A stretch of DNA of 64,000 bases, taken from the IMG/VR virus record IMGVR_UViG_3300026076_000001; one strand, given 5' to 3'. Position numbers and translations under genes: made by a program. Shown here piece after piece: positions 57,785-64,000 of this stretch. The first letter of the stretch is position 1. Every line of letters begins with the position of its first letter. The notes under the pieces were generated by a model that saw only the letters and a program-made list of their open reading frames with translations, did no database searches and was not told where the DNA came from. Origin of the DNA: a virus.

Positions 57785-58305
57785 TGTAGCATAGCAATAG
57801 CGTGAGGAAGAATGTCATATTCTTTCAGTTGTATCCTACGAGTAAGAGTATCTATAGTATCATCAGGTTCTATTGGAACCTCACCTTGTAGTATAATCTC
57901 TCCACCATCTAGTTCCTCATTGACATAATGGACAGTACATCCTGTAGTTTTGTCACCAGATTCTAACGCTTGCTCTACTGCGTTCAACCCTTTGTACTTT
58001 GGTAGTAGTGACGGATGTACATTTATGATAGGGCAATGAAACTCAGATGGTTTCTTAAGCACTCTCATATAACCTGCCAATATAATAAGATCAACCCTCC
58101 AAGCTTTGAAGAGTTCAATAACTTGTTGCTCATCTTTATGTGCTACCCGACAGTGAGGGATACCATATTTCGCTGCTCTCTTAGCAGCACCACATTCTTT
58201 AGTATTGTGTATCATTAACACAACTTCGTGTTCCTTCAATTCTTGATTGGTAACTATGTTTTGAAAGTTCGTGCCTTTACCAGAGCACATCACACCTAAA
58301 CGCAT
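57781..58305 (-). CDS. purN: Phosphoribosylglycinamide formyltransferase
   Basis: SGKGTNFQ, DLIILAGYMRVL, INVHPSLLPKYKG, GCTVHYV.EELDGG.II.Q. Confidence 0.96.
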   Translation of the reverse strand: MRLGVMCSGKGTNFQNIVTNQELKEHEVVLMIHNTKECGAAKRAAKYGIPHCRVAHKDEQQVIELFKAWRVDLIILAGYMRVLKKPSEFHCPIINVHPSLLPKYKGLNAVEQALESGDKTTGCTVHYVNEELDGGEIILQGEVPIEPDDTIDTLTRRIQLKEYDILPHAIAMLQ

Positions 58306-58335
58306 AAAAAAATGGGAGGGGTTGACCCTCCCATT
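58306..58335 (-). terminator. Intrinsic terminator after psbA
   Basis: 10-bp stem AATGGGAGGG/CCCTCCCATT with a 5-nt loop and a T-tract on the minus strand. Confidence 0.85.
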
Positions 58336-58361
58336 GTATCATAAAATACAAGTTTTTCAAC

Positions 58362-59444
58362 TTATCCTACAGAAGGTGCAACAAGTGCAACTTCAGATGT
58401 CTCAGCAGCAGCAAGATCAAGTGGGAAGTTGTGTGCATTTCTTTCGTGCATAACTTCCATACCCAAGTTTGCTCTGTTAAGAACGTCACCCCAAGTAGGA
58501 ACAACCTTACCAGATGCATCAACAACCGACTGGTTGAAGTTGAATCCGTTCAAGTTGAATGCCATTGTACAGATACCCATAGAGGTTAACCATACACATA
58601 CAACTGGGAAGGTAGCTAGGAAGAAATGAAGTGAACGAGAGTTGTTGAACGATGCATACTGGAAGATTAAACGTCCGAAGTATCCGTGTGCAGCAACAAT
58701 GTTATAGGTCTCTTCTTCTTGACCAAACTTGTAGCCATAGTTTTGAGATTCAGTCTCGGTAGTCTCCCGAATAAGTGAAGACGTAACCAAAGATCCGTGC
58801 ATAGCACTAAACAAGGCACCGCCAAACATACCCGCAACACCCGCCATATGGAATGGATGCATAAGGATGTTATGTTCCGCCTGGAAGACAAACATAAAGT
58901 TGAACGTACCTGAAATACCGAGAGGCATACCGTCACTGAATGATCCTTGTCCGAAAGGATAGACCAAGAAGACAGCGAAGGCTGCTGATACTGGGGCTGA
59001 ATAAGCAACACAGATCCAGGGTCTCATACCCAGACGATAGGATAACTCCCACTGTCTACCCATATAGGCAGAGATTCCAATTAGGAAATGGAAGATGACC
59101 AACTGATATGGACCTCCATTATACAACCACTCATCTAAAGTGGCAGCTTCCCATATAGGGTAGAAGTGTAATCCAATAGCGTTGGAAGATGGAACTACAG
59201 CACCAGATATGATGTTGTTTCCATACATAAATGAACCTGCAACAGGTTCACGGATTCCGTCAATATCGACGGGAGGAGCAGCAATGAAAGCTATGATGAA
59301 GCAAGTCGTTGCAGCAAGTAAGCAAGGTATCATTAAGACACCAAACCAACCGACATAGATTCTATTCTCGGTTGATGTAACCCACTCGCAGAACTGTGGC
59401 CATCCAGCTAACAGACCGCTATCTCTTTTTGAAAGAGTAGTCAT
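58362..59444 (-). CDS. psbA: Photosystem II D1 protein (360 aa, uninterrupted)
   Basis: Unambiguous D1 sequence ([32 protein letters not shown]). Confidence 0.99.
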   Translation of the reverse strand: MTTLSKRDSGLLAGWPQFCEWVTSTENRIYVGWFGVLMIPCLLAATTCFIIAFIAAPPVDIDGIREPVAGSFMYGNNIISGAVVPSSNAIGLHFYPIWEAATLDEWLYNGGPYQLVIFHFLIGISAYMGRQWELSYRLGMRPWICVAYSAPVSAAFAVFLVYPFGQGSFSDGMPLGISGTFNFMFVFQAEHNILMHPFHMAGVAGMFGGALFSAMHGSLVTSSLIRETTETESQNYGYKFGQEEETYNIVAAHGYFGRLIFQYASFNNSRSLHFFLATFPVVCVWLTSMGICTMAFNLNGFNFNQSVVDASGKVVPTWGDVLNRANLGMEVMHERNAHNFPLDLAAAETSEVALVAPSVG

Positions 59445-59464
59445 TTAGATGATTGCGTTTTGAG

Positions 59465-59512
59465 AGAGGTATAATAAGACATTATAACCCCGTGGTCTTG
59501 GTTAGGGGGAAG
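59465..59512 (-). ncRNA. Structured psbA 5' leader, PhotoRC-II-like
   Basis: UUCCCCCUAACCAAGACCACGGGGUUAUAAUGUCUU: AAGAC/GUCUU stem, and the loop GGGG is complementary to the upstream CCCC. Family name recalled, not searched. Confidence 0.55.
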
Positions 59513-59545
59513 ATGAAAAAGGGGTCAACTGTGTTGAACCCCTTA

Positions 59546-59576
59546 TATTTATAACATATTGTAACGCAAATGTCAA
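59546..59576 (-). promoter_or_regulatory. psbA promoter: sigma70 and late promoter with an HLR1-like site
   Basis: TTGACA-17 nt-TATAAATA; GTTACAAT-AT-GTTATAAA at 59565-59548. Confidence 0.8.
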
Positions 59577-59818
59577 GTGGTGTAGCCTGCTGGTGTCTTA
59601 GGAGGACAGTCGATGGTCAAGGTTCCAGTCATAGGTTGATGCATATGTTCTAGAAGATGATCCACTTTAATACTAAGGTCATCTAGCTTAGCAAGGATCT
59701 CTGAATGATCGTGTCCAGTCACGACAGCATCAGGAACATTATGAATAAGATCATCCTGTGTAGTGATGATTACATTAGCATCACTTGGTGTAGATGCAAA
59801 GGGATCGTTCTGAGGCAT
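59573..59818 (-). CDS. Hypothetical protein
   Basis: 81-aa ORF with a short coiled-coil (ILAKLDDLSIKVDHLL); ATAAATA upstream at 59845-59839. Confidence 0.65.
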   Translation of the reverse strand: MPQNDPFASTPSDANVIITTQDDLIHNVPDAVVTGHDHSEILAKLDDLSIKVDHLLEHMHQPMTGTLTIDCPPKTPAGYTT

Positions 59819-59841
59819 TGGTCTAAAAGGTAGTGAAATAT

Positions 59842-61554
59842 TTATCTGACCAAGGTATTATCTTGGACAAAGTACACATAGTCTAGCATAGAATCTGTTA
59901 ATGTAGCAAGTGCATCATCTTTAGTATGAACTAATGCTTCACCAGCAAGATTAAAACTAGTGTTGATAAGGACAGGACATCCTGTAAGCATATCAAACTC
60001 AACTAGAACATCTCTCATAAACCCTTCAGTTACTGTCTGCATCCTACAAGTATCATCAACGTGGATGACACCAGGACATTGCTCCTTAGCTAAATTAGTA
60101 GCTTTAAAGTTGATTGTCATATTAGGTGATGAATGAAGACCTAAGGTCTCGAAGTACTCGTGGAAATGTTCTTCTAATATAATACCAGCGAAGGGTCTAT
60201 ACCATTCTCTCTTCTTAATAAGGTTAACTTTATCTCTTGCATCTGCCTTACGTGGATCAAATAGAATAGAACGATGACCTAAGGCACGTGGACCTGCTTC
60301 AGGATTACCATCATATATTGCTACTGAACGTCCTTTAGCAAGAAGTTCTGCTATCTCTTTAGCACTAGAAGGTTCACCCTTAATATTAAGAGGATTAGGT
60401 TCCTCCATAGTATGATAGAAAGTATCAGTAAGAGGACTAGTCTTAGTATCTTGTGTGTTTAGTTTATAGATTGCTAGAGCAGCACCTAAAGAGTTACCAG
60501 TGTCATCAGCATTAGGTTCAAAGTAGAAATTAAGATCAGGGTTCTTCTCCAGAAGATAACCATTAGTAACTACATTAAGAGCGTACCCACCAGTTAAAAT
60601 AATATTCTTTACACCTGTCTTAGCTGCATACTTCTGTACCATTAAGTTGACTGCTTTCTGTGTCTCCTTCTGAACGTGATACGCCCAGTCAGCATAAGGT
60701 TTATAGTTCTCTTTAGTTACCTTATCTAAGATAGGATACCTCTGACTAGCAACACCTACTGTCCACCCCTCGTGGTTAAAGTATTGATCAATAGGTACCA
60801 GACCATTAAACAATGGAGGATAGTTCTTCTCCTCTCCATAAGCAGCAAGACCCATCGTCTTACCATTCTCTAAAGGACCTTCTCCTATCATAGTAGTAGC
60901 ACTTTCGTACACCTTAGTGATACCGTATCCACTAGAGATAGAAATGTCTGAACCAATATATCTACTCCTCAATTGCTTTATTAACTGTTCCCATCCAGCT
61001 TTCTCATTACCAGCAGACCTAGGGTTAGCAGGGTTAAGCATCCAGAATGCCTTGTACACAGCCTTACAGGTCTGTGGTGACTTCATTAGATATACACTCT
61101 CACACTCTCTACCAATGTGCATACAGGTAGCATTACCAAAGTCATCTACATCTAACTGATCATTAGGATCCCATATCTGTGACCCATCTCTATCAATAAC
61201 AAGACATAAAGCAGTATCGAATCCACTATTATTAAATGAATTGAATGCGTGAGCCATATGATGCTCAGAAGTAAAGTCAATCCACTGATGATCTGGATCT
61301 AACTTTGCTTTCTTACAGACATAACACCTAAACACATCGTTAACGATAGGATTAGATGTGGGTGACTGCATTACTGCTATGTCAATTGGTCCTTTAGCAG
61401 CATTAAGTGCTTTCTCAATAGCTATAAAGGGTTGCTTGTCCCTCTTCTCTCTTGTATATCGTTCTTCCTTACCAAAATACTCCAACTCACCATCATTAAT
61501 GATGCAAACACTGGAATCGTGTGCAAGACTGAACCCTAGTACTCTATATCCCAT
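59842..61554 (-). CDS. Carbamoyltransferase (NodU/CmcH family)
   Basis: HDSS...EER.TR.K, HH.AHA, GK.MGLAAYG, GG.ALN, D.GNSLGAA, E.GPRALG.RSIL, K.REWYRPFA, HVD.TCR.QTV, NTSFN. Confidence 0.93.
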   Translation of the reverse strand: MGYRVLGFSLAHDSSVCIINDGELEYFGKEERYTREKRDKQPFIAIEKALNAAKGPIDIAVMQSPTSNPIVNDVFRCYVCKKAKLDPDHQWIDFTSEHHMAHAFNSFNNSGFDTALCLVIDRDGSQIWDPNDQLDVDDFGNATCMHIGRECESVYLMKSPQTCKAVYKAFWMLNPANPRSAGNEKAGWEQLIKQLRSRYIGSDISISSGYGITKVYESATTMIGEGPLENGKTMGLAAYGEEKNYPPLFNGLVPIDQYFNHEGWTVGVASQRYPILDKVTKENYKPYADWAYHVQKETQKAVNLMVQKYAAKTGVKNIILTGGYALNVVTNGYLLEKNPDLNFYFEPNADDTGNSLGAALAIYKLNTQDTKTSPLTDTFYHTMEEPNPLNIKGEPSSAKEIAELLAKGRSVAIYDGNPEAGPRALGHRSILFDPRKADARDKVNLIKKREWYRPFAGIILEEHFHEYFETLGLHSSPNMTINFKATNLAKEQCPGVIHVDDTCRMQTVTEGFMRDVLVEFDMLTGCPVLINTSFNLAGEALVHTKDDALATLTDSMLDYVYFVQDNTLVR

Positions 61555-61579
61555 AAAAAAAGGGGTCGTTATGACCCCT
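61555..61579 (-). terminator. Intrinsic terminator after petF
   Basis: AGGGGTC-5 nt-GACCCCT stem with a T-tract. Confidence 0.8.
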
Positions 61580-61604
61580 AGTATATCTCATATTTGTATG
61601 TAGG

Positions 61605-61901
61605 TCAATAGAGGTTCTCCTCTTGTCCTAATTCTATAGTGACATCCGAAGTAGGATAGGCAACACAGGTAAGTACATAACCTGCTTCTATCTGATCGTC
61701 ATCCAAGAAAGATTGTTCTTCTTGATTGACTGTGCCTTCTGTAATCTTACCAGCACAAGTGCTACAAGCACCAGATCTACAAGAGTAAGGAGCATCAACT
61801 CCCGCTTCCTCTAGGACATCAAGGATGAGTTCATCATCTGCACATTCAACTTTAGTTTCGTTTCCGTCAGTATCAATAGCTGTTACAGTATAGGTAGCCA
61901 T
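61605..61901 (-). CDS. petF: Plant-type [2Fe-2S] ferredoxin
   Basis: [15 protein letters not shown]...[19 protein letters not shown]. Confidence 0.97.
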   Translation of the reverse strand: MATYTVTAIDTDGNETKVECADDELILDVLEEAGVDAPYSCRSGACSTCAGKITEGTVNQEEQSFLDDDQIEAGYVLTCVAYPTSDVTIELGQEENLY

Positions 61902-61936
61902 TTGTGTCGATCATCTGTGTCTATGTATACCATAGA

Positions 61937-62038
61937 TTAGACCAGTCCGAAACCATTTGCTGTGATACCGACACAGACAAAGAACCCGAACTCTAAAAGT
62001 TCTCTATAAGGACTACGCAAGAGCGAATGAACCGACAT
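61937..62038 (-). CDS. Small hydrophobic peptide (33 aa)
   Basis: Read by hand: MSVHSLLRSPYRELLEFGFFVCVGITANGFGLV. Confidence 0.5.
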   Translation of the reverse strand: MSVHSLLRSPYRELLEFGFFVCVGITANGFGLV

Positions 62039-62090
62039 TGAAGTACACGTATGAAGCTACAATCGAGACGAATAAAAATACTTGGGTCAT
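62013..62090 (-). CDS. Small hydrophobic peptide (25 aa)
   Basis: Read by hand: MTQVFLFVSIVASYVYFNVGSFALA; first ORF after the 62143 promoter. Confidence 0.5.
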   Translation of the reverse strand: MTQVFLFVSIVASYVYFNVGSFALA

Positions 62091-62114
62091 TGGTCTAGGT
62101 AAAAATACTCTATG

Positions 62115-62143
62115 ACTATATAGGTATTTCTACTCGTTGTCAA
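62115..62143 (-). promoter_or_regulatory. Sigma70-type promoter for the small ORFs and petF
   Basis: TTGACA-17 nt-TATAGT. Confidence 0.75.
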
Positions 62144-62334
62144 GTGGGTGATGCTGCCATCTGCATCTGTTTTACCCTGACACCTTTACCACCTTGAAAA
62201 TCATCGTCATCATCATCACCATTGAATGCTCTCATTAATAATTCAATTAGAACCAAAGCTGCCATTGGATAAAAACACCAAAGGATTGCTACTAAAGGTG
62301 AAATTGAATCTGATTGCTGAACGAGGTCAGTCAT
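62140..62334 (-). CDS. Small single-TM protein with an Asp run
   Basis: AILWCFYPMAALVLIELLMR then DDDDDDFQGGKG. Confidence 0.7.
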   Translation of the reverse strand: MTDLVQQSDSISPLVAILWCFYPMAALVLIELLMRAFNGDDDDDDFQGGKGVRVKQMQMAASPT

Positions 62335-62356
62335 TGTGTGTTGATTTGTGAATAAG

Positions 62357-62364
62357 TATTTATA
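62357..62364 (-). promoter_or_regulatory. T4-type late promoter TATAAATA
   Basis: Exact match 22 nt upstream of the 62334 ATG. Confidence 0.65.
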
Positions 62365-62376
62365 AGTTTTGTTAAG

Positions 62377-62496
62377 TTAAAAGGGAAACATAGTACCGAA
62401 GATAAAGTAGTTGATCGTAGCACAAACTAGACCGAACATTGCCAGTCTACCGTTCCACTTCTCTGCGTATCTCCAGTAACTATGATTCCAATCCAT
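62377..62496 (-). CDS. hli: High-light-inducible protein (39 aa)
   Basis: Read by hand: MDWNHSYWRYAEKWNGRLAMFGLVCATINYFIFGTMFPF. Confidence 0.9.
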   Translation of the reverse strand: MDWNHSYWRYAEKWNGRLAMFGLVCATINYFIFGTMFPF

Positions 62497-62607
62497 TTAA
62501 CTAAAGTATGTGAATTTAGTATAGAGAGCAATTGTAACCCAGAAGGCTACCATTGTAAACCTTCCGTTTGCTCTGAAAAAGATATCTGCTTGTGTTGAAT
62601 TGTTCAT
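62497..62607 (-). CDS. hli: Degenerate HLIP-like peptide (36 aa)
   Basis: MNNSTQADIFFRANGRFTMVAFWVTIALYTKFTYFS; keeps NGR..M but lacks the conserved Glu. TAATG-coupled. Confidence 0.65.
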   Translation of the reverse strand: MNNSTQADIFFRANGRFTMVAFWVTIALYTKFTYFS

Positions 62608-62714
62608 TAGAAGATACCTGGAATGATTTGTCCTGTGGTTACATAAGCACCAACTGCGGCTACGAAACCGATCATTGCTGCCCAACCGTTAAACTTTTCT
62701 GCTTCGGGTGTCAT
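62607..62714 (-). CDS. hli: High-light-inducible protein (35 aa)
   Basis: Read by hand: MTPEAEKFNGWAAMIGFVAAVGAYVTTGQIIPGIF; AGGAG SD. Confidence 0.95.
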   Translation of the reverse strand: MTPEAEKFNGWAAMIGFVAAVGAYVTTGQIIPGIF

Positions 62715-62794
62715 TGTTTTTCTCCTTTTGTTAGATTTGAGGGTTAAAAAGTAGCTAGAGGTCAACACTAGCGGTGTAAAAGACCTTTAGATAT

Positions 62795-62983
62795 CTAAAA
62801 GATACCTGGTATAACTGCTCCGAATAGGATGTAGTTATGTACAAGTGCGAAGAATCCAATCATCGCTAGGCGACCATTAAGTTTCTCTGCGTGAGGACCA
62901 TATCCTTCGTAGTCTTCTACGTAAGACATAGGTGGTTCTTTGGCAAACATATTCTGCTTACCATACTCTGTTGTTACAGTCAT
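62795..62983 (-). CDS. hli: High-light-inducible protein (62 aa)
   Basis: NMFAKEP...AEKLNGRLAMIGF...G.VIPGIF. Confidence 0.95.
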   Translation of the reverse strand: MTVTTEYGKQNMFAKEPPMSYVEDYEGYGPHAEKLNGRLAMIGFFALVHNYILFGAVIPGIF

Positions 62984-63009
62984 AAAGTTTTGTGAAGAAC
63001 TGTTACATA

Positions 63010-63039
63010 ATTATATAGTAAACCTAAAGGACTTGTCAA
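63010..63039 (-). promoter_or_regulatory. Sigma70-type promoter of the hli cluster
   Basis: TTGACA-18 nt-TATAAT. Confidence 0.7.
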
Positions 63040-63064
63040 GGTATAAATGCCTAGGAATCCGCAC

Positions 63065-63092
63065 AAAAAAGGATCATCATTTCTGATGATCC
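63065..63092 (-). terminator. Intrinsic terminator
   Basis: GGATCATCA-4 nt-TGATGATCC stem with a T-tract. Confidence 0.8.
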
Positions 63093-63112
63093 GTATAAGA
63101 TTTAGTAATGGT

Positions 63113-63292
63113 TTAGTCTTCCTCTTGGTCCAGACTAGGAAGTCCGTGTGTTTTGTAGTCTAGTTGTAGCTTTAAGAACCGTACCTCTTCAAGAAGAACT
63201 TCGTTCTCAATCTCCAACTTTTTGATTTCTTGTTCGTAAACAATGATCATATCTTGTTGTCGTAAATTTTCATTCTCAAGTTCCCAATCCAT
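63113..63292 (-). CDS. Small coiled-coil hypothetical protein (59 aa)
   Basis: Read by hand: MDWELENENLRQQDMIIVYEQEIKKLEIENEVLLEEVRFLKLQLDYKTHG... Confidence 0.7.
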   Translation of the reverse strand: MDWELENENLRQQDMIIVYEQEIKKLEIENEVLLEEVRFLKLQLDYKTHGLPSLDQEED

Positions 63293-63357
63293 CTAATAGT
63301 AATGATCCTTGCACATAAAGATCAAGTACTTAGCTATTTAGGATTGGGTTAGTCCCT

Positions 63358-63576
63358 TCATTTTTTGTACGGATTTCGTGGAACTGCATCCTCTTCCTCC
63401 CAAATGTCAGGGTAAATCCTTTTGTCATCTGATTCATATGGAGGTGCGATCATCTGTACATAGTCAACTAGTTCAGGTGATTCACCTGTAATGAGGGCAG
63501 TACCAGTAGCCACAACTCCAACTCCTACAGCAACAGATAACATTGCTGCTTCAAGGAATTTAAAAATTACAACCAA
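63358..63576 (-). CDS. Small single-TM hypothetical protein
   Basis: Hydrophobic N-terminus, acidic C-terminus. Confidence 0.55.
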   Translation of the reverse strand: MVVIFKFLEAAMLSVAVGVGVVATGTALITGESPELVDYVQMIAPPYESDDKRIYPDIWEEEDAVPRNPYKK

Positions 63577-63609
63577 TGATTCCTCCTTCGATTACCTATA
63601 GTATAGTAC

Positions 63610-63633
63610 AAAAAAGGGGGTCAGGTGACCCCC
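63610..63633 (-). terminator. Intrinsic terminator
   Basis: GGGGGTC-4 nt-GACCCCC stem with a T-tract. Confidence 0.75.
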
Positions 63634-63643
63634 AGTGGACAGT

Positions 63644-63829
63644 TTAGTAACTGTCCTCTTTATTCTCAATGTACTCTTTGTTCTGCCTACAGATACCGTG
63701 TACATCTAATTCTTGATGGAGGTGTGCTCCAGTATGGAGACCCTCTATCATTAAGACAACTGCAAGTAACATCACTGGAGTAAACCAGAGTGGATTACCT
63801 ATGACTTCACCTACTGTTTCTTTTTTCAT
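63644..63829 (-). CDS. Small single-TM hypothetical protein (61 aa)
   Basis: Start reassigned to MKKETVGEV at 63829; IEGLHT.AH...D.HG.C.QN motif. Confidence 0.6.
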   Translation of the reverse strand: MKKETVGEVIGNPLWFTPVMLLAVVLMIEGLHTGAHLHQELDVHGICRQNKEYIENKEDSY

Positions 63830-63904
63830 TGTAGTGGGTGTGGGAGGTTGGATTAATGTGTACCAACAAGTAAGGGGCATTGCTACATTAGTAGATTTTT
63901 ACCT

Positions 63905-63995
63905 TACTATCTGAGACCCGACTGGTAAGTCGATTCACGTTTTCAACGTGCAGCACCACCTGTGTCTCATCACCTTAACTAGCCTTATGCCAGCA
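63905..63995 (-). ncRNA. Structured RNA resembling the cyanophage wcaG motif
   Basis: GAGAC/GUCUC closing stem, UGGUG, and internal hairpins CACGU-UGAAA-ACGUG and CGACU-UACC-AGUCG. Lies upstream of the hli region; family name recalled, not searched. Confidence 0.6.
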
Positions 63996-64000
63996 AGTTT

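Noticed and set aside
58271-59011. ORFs overlapping psbA (58271-58453 +, 58429-58629 +, 58667-59011 -)
   Set aside because: Off-frame or antisense to an intact D1; nothing supports them.
58362-59444. Possible group I intron or homing endonuclease in psbA, and a neighbouring psbD
   Set aside because: D1 is continuous at 360 aa, and neither flank encodes D2 or an endonuclease motif.
62357-62380. HLR1-like repeat upstream of the 62334 ORF
   Set aside because: The second half-site matches only 5 of 8 positions; too weak.
1747-63341. Further CTAAATA/ATAAATA hits (1747, 15605, 40666, 50826, 56444, 56692, 59839, 63335)
   Set aside because: They are plausible late promoters, but most include the TAA stop of the preceding gene in AT-rich DNA, so they were not listed individually without TSS data.
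1-64000. tRNA or rRNA genes, integrase, transposase
   Set aside because: No cloverleaf or T-loop signature and no recombinase motifs were recognised; the intergenic gaps are short and otherwise explained. tRNAscan would be decisive.

Overview
This is a 64-kb segment of a T4-like cyanomyophage (Kyanoviridae-type) genome. The host is probably Prochlorococcus, inferred from the 360-aa D1 sequence type and the hli/cp12 content. Almost all genes are on the minus strand; the exception is a plus-strand block gp4-gp2-gp48-gp53 at 42248-46242. From left to right: (1) 1-29.2 kb, tail-fibre and virion proteins, including a 3265-aa subtilase/YHYH/cupredoxin mosaic and three tail-collar proteins. (2) 31-46 kb, the baseplate/tail-tube module: a split gp5 with Calx-beta domains, a tape measure with an M23 peptidase, gp51, gp26, and a gp53 with a large insertion, plus cp12. 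(3) 46-55 kb, replication and nucleotide genes (gp32, gp33, exonuclease, phoH, thyX). Seven 2OG-Fe(II) oxygenases are spread across the window. (4) 55-64 kb, auxiliary genes (DUF4278, glutaredoxin, purN, psbA, carbamoyltransferase, petF, four hli-like genes) with structured RNAs. The most striking feature is at 55.4-55.9 kb: a tandem glutamine-riboswitch-like locus whose second aptamer is split by a complete 53-codon ORF, lying upstream of a DUF4278 peptide and below an NtcA-like box. All family calls come from motif recognition by eye; no searches were run.
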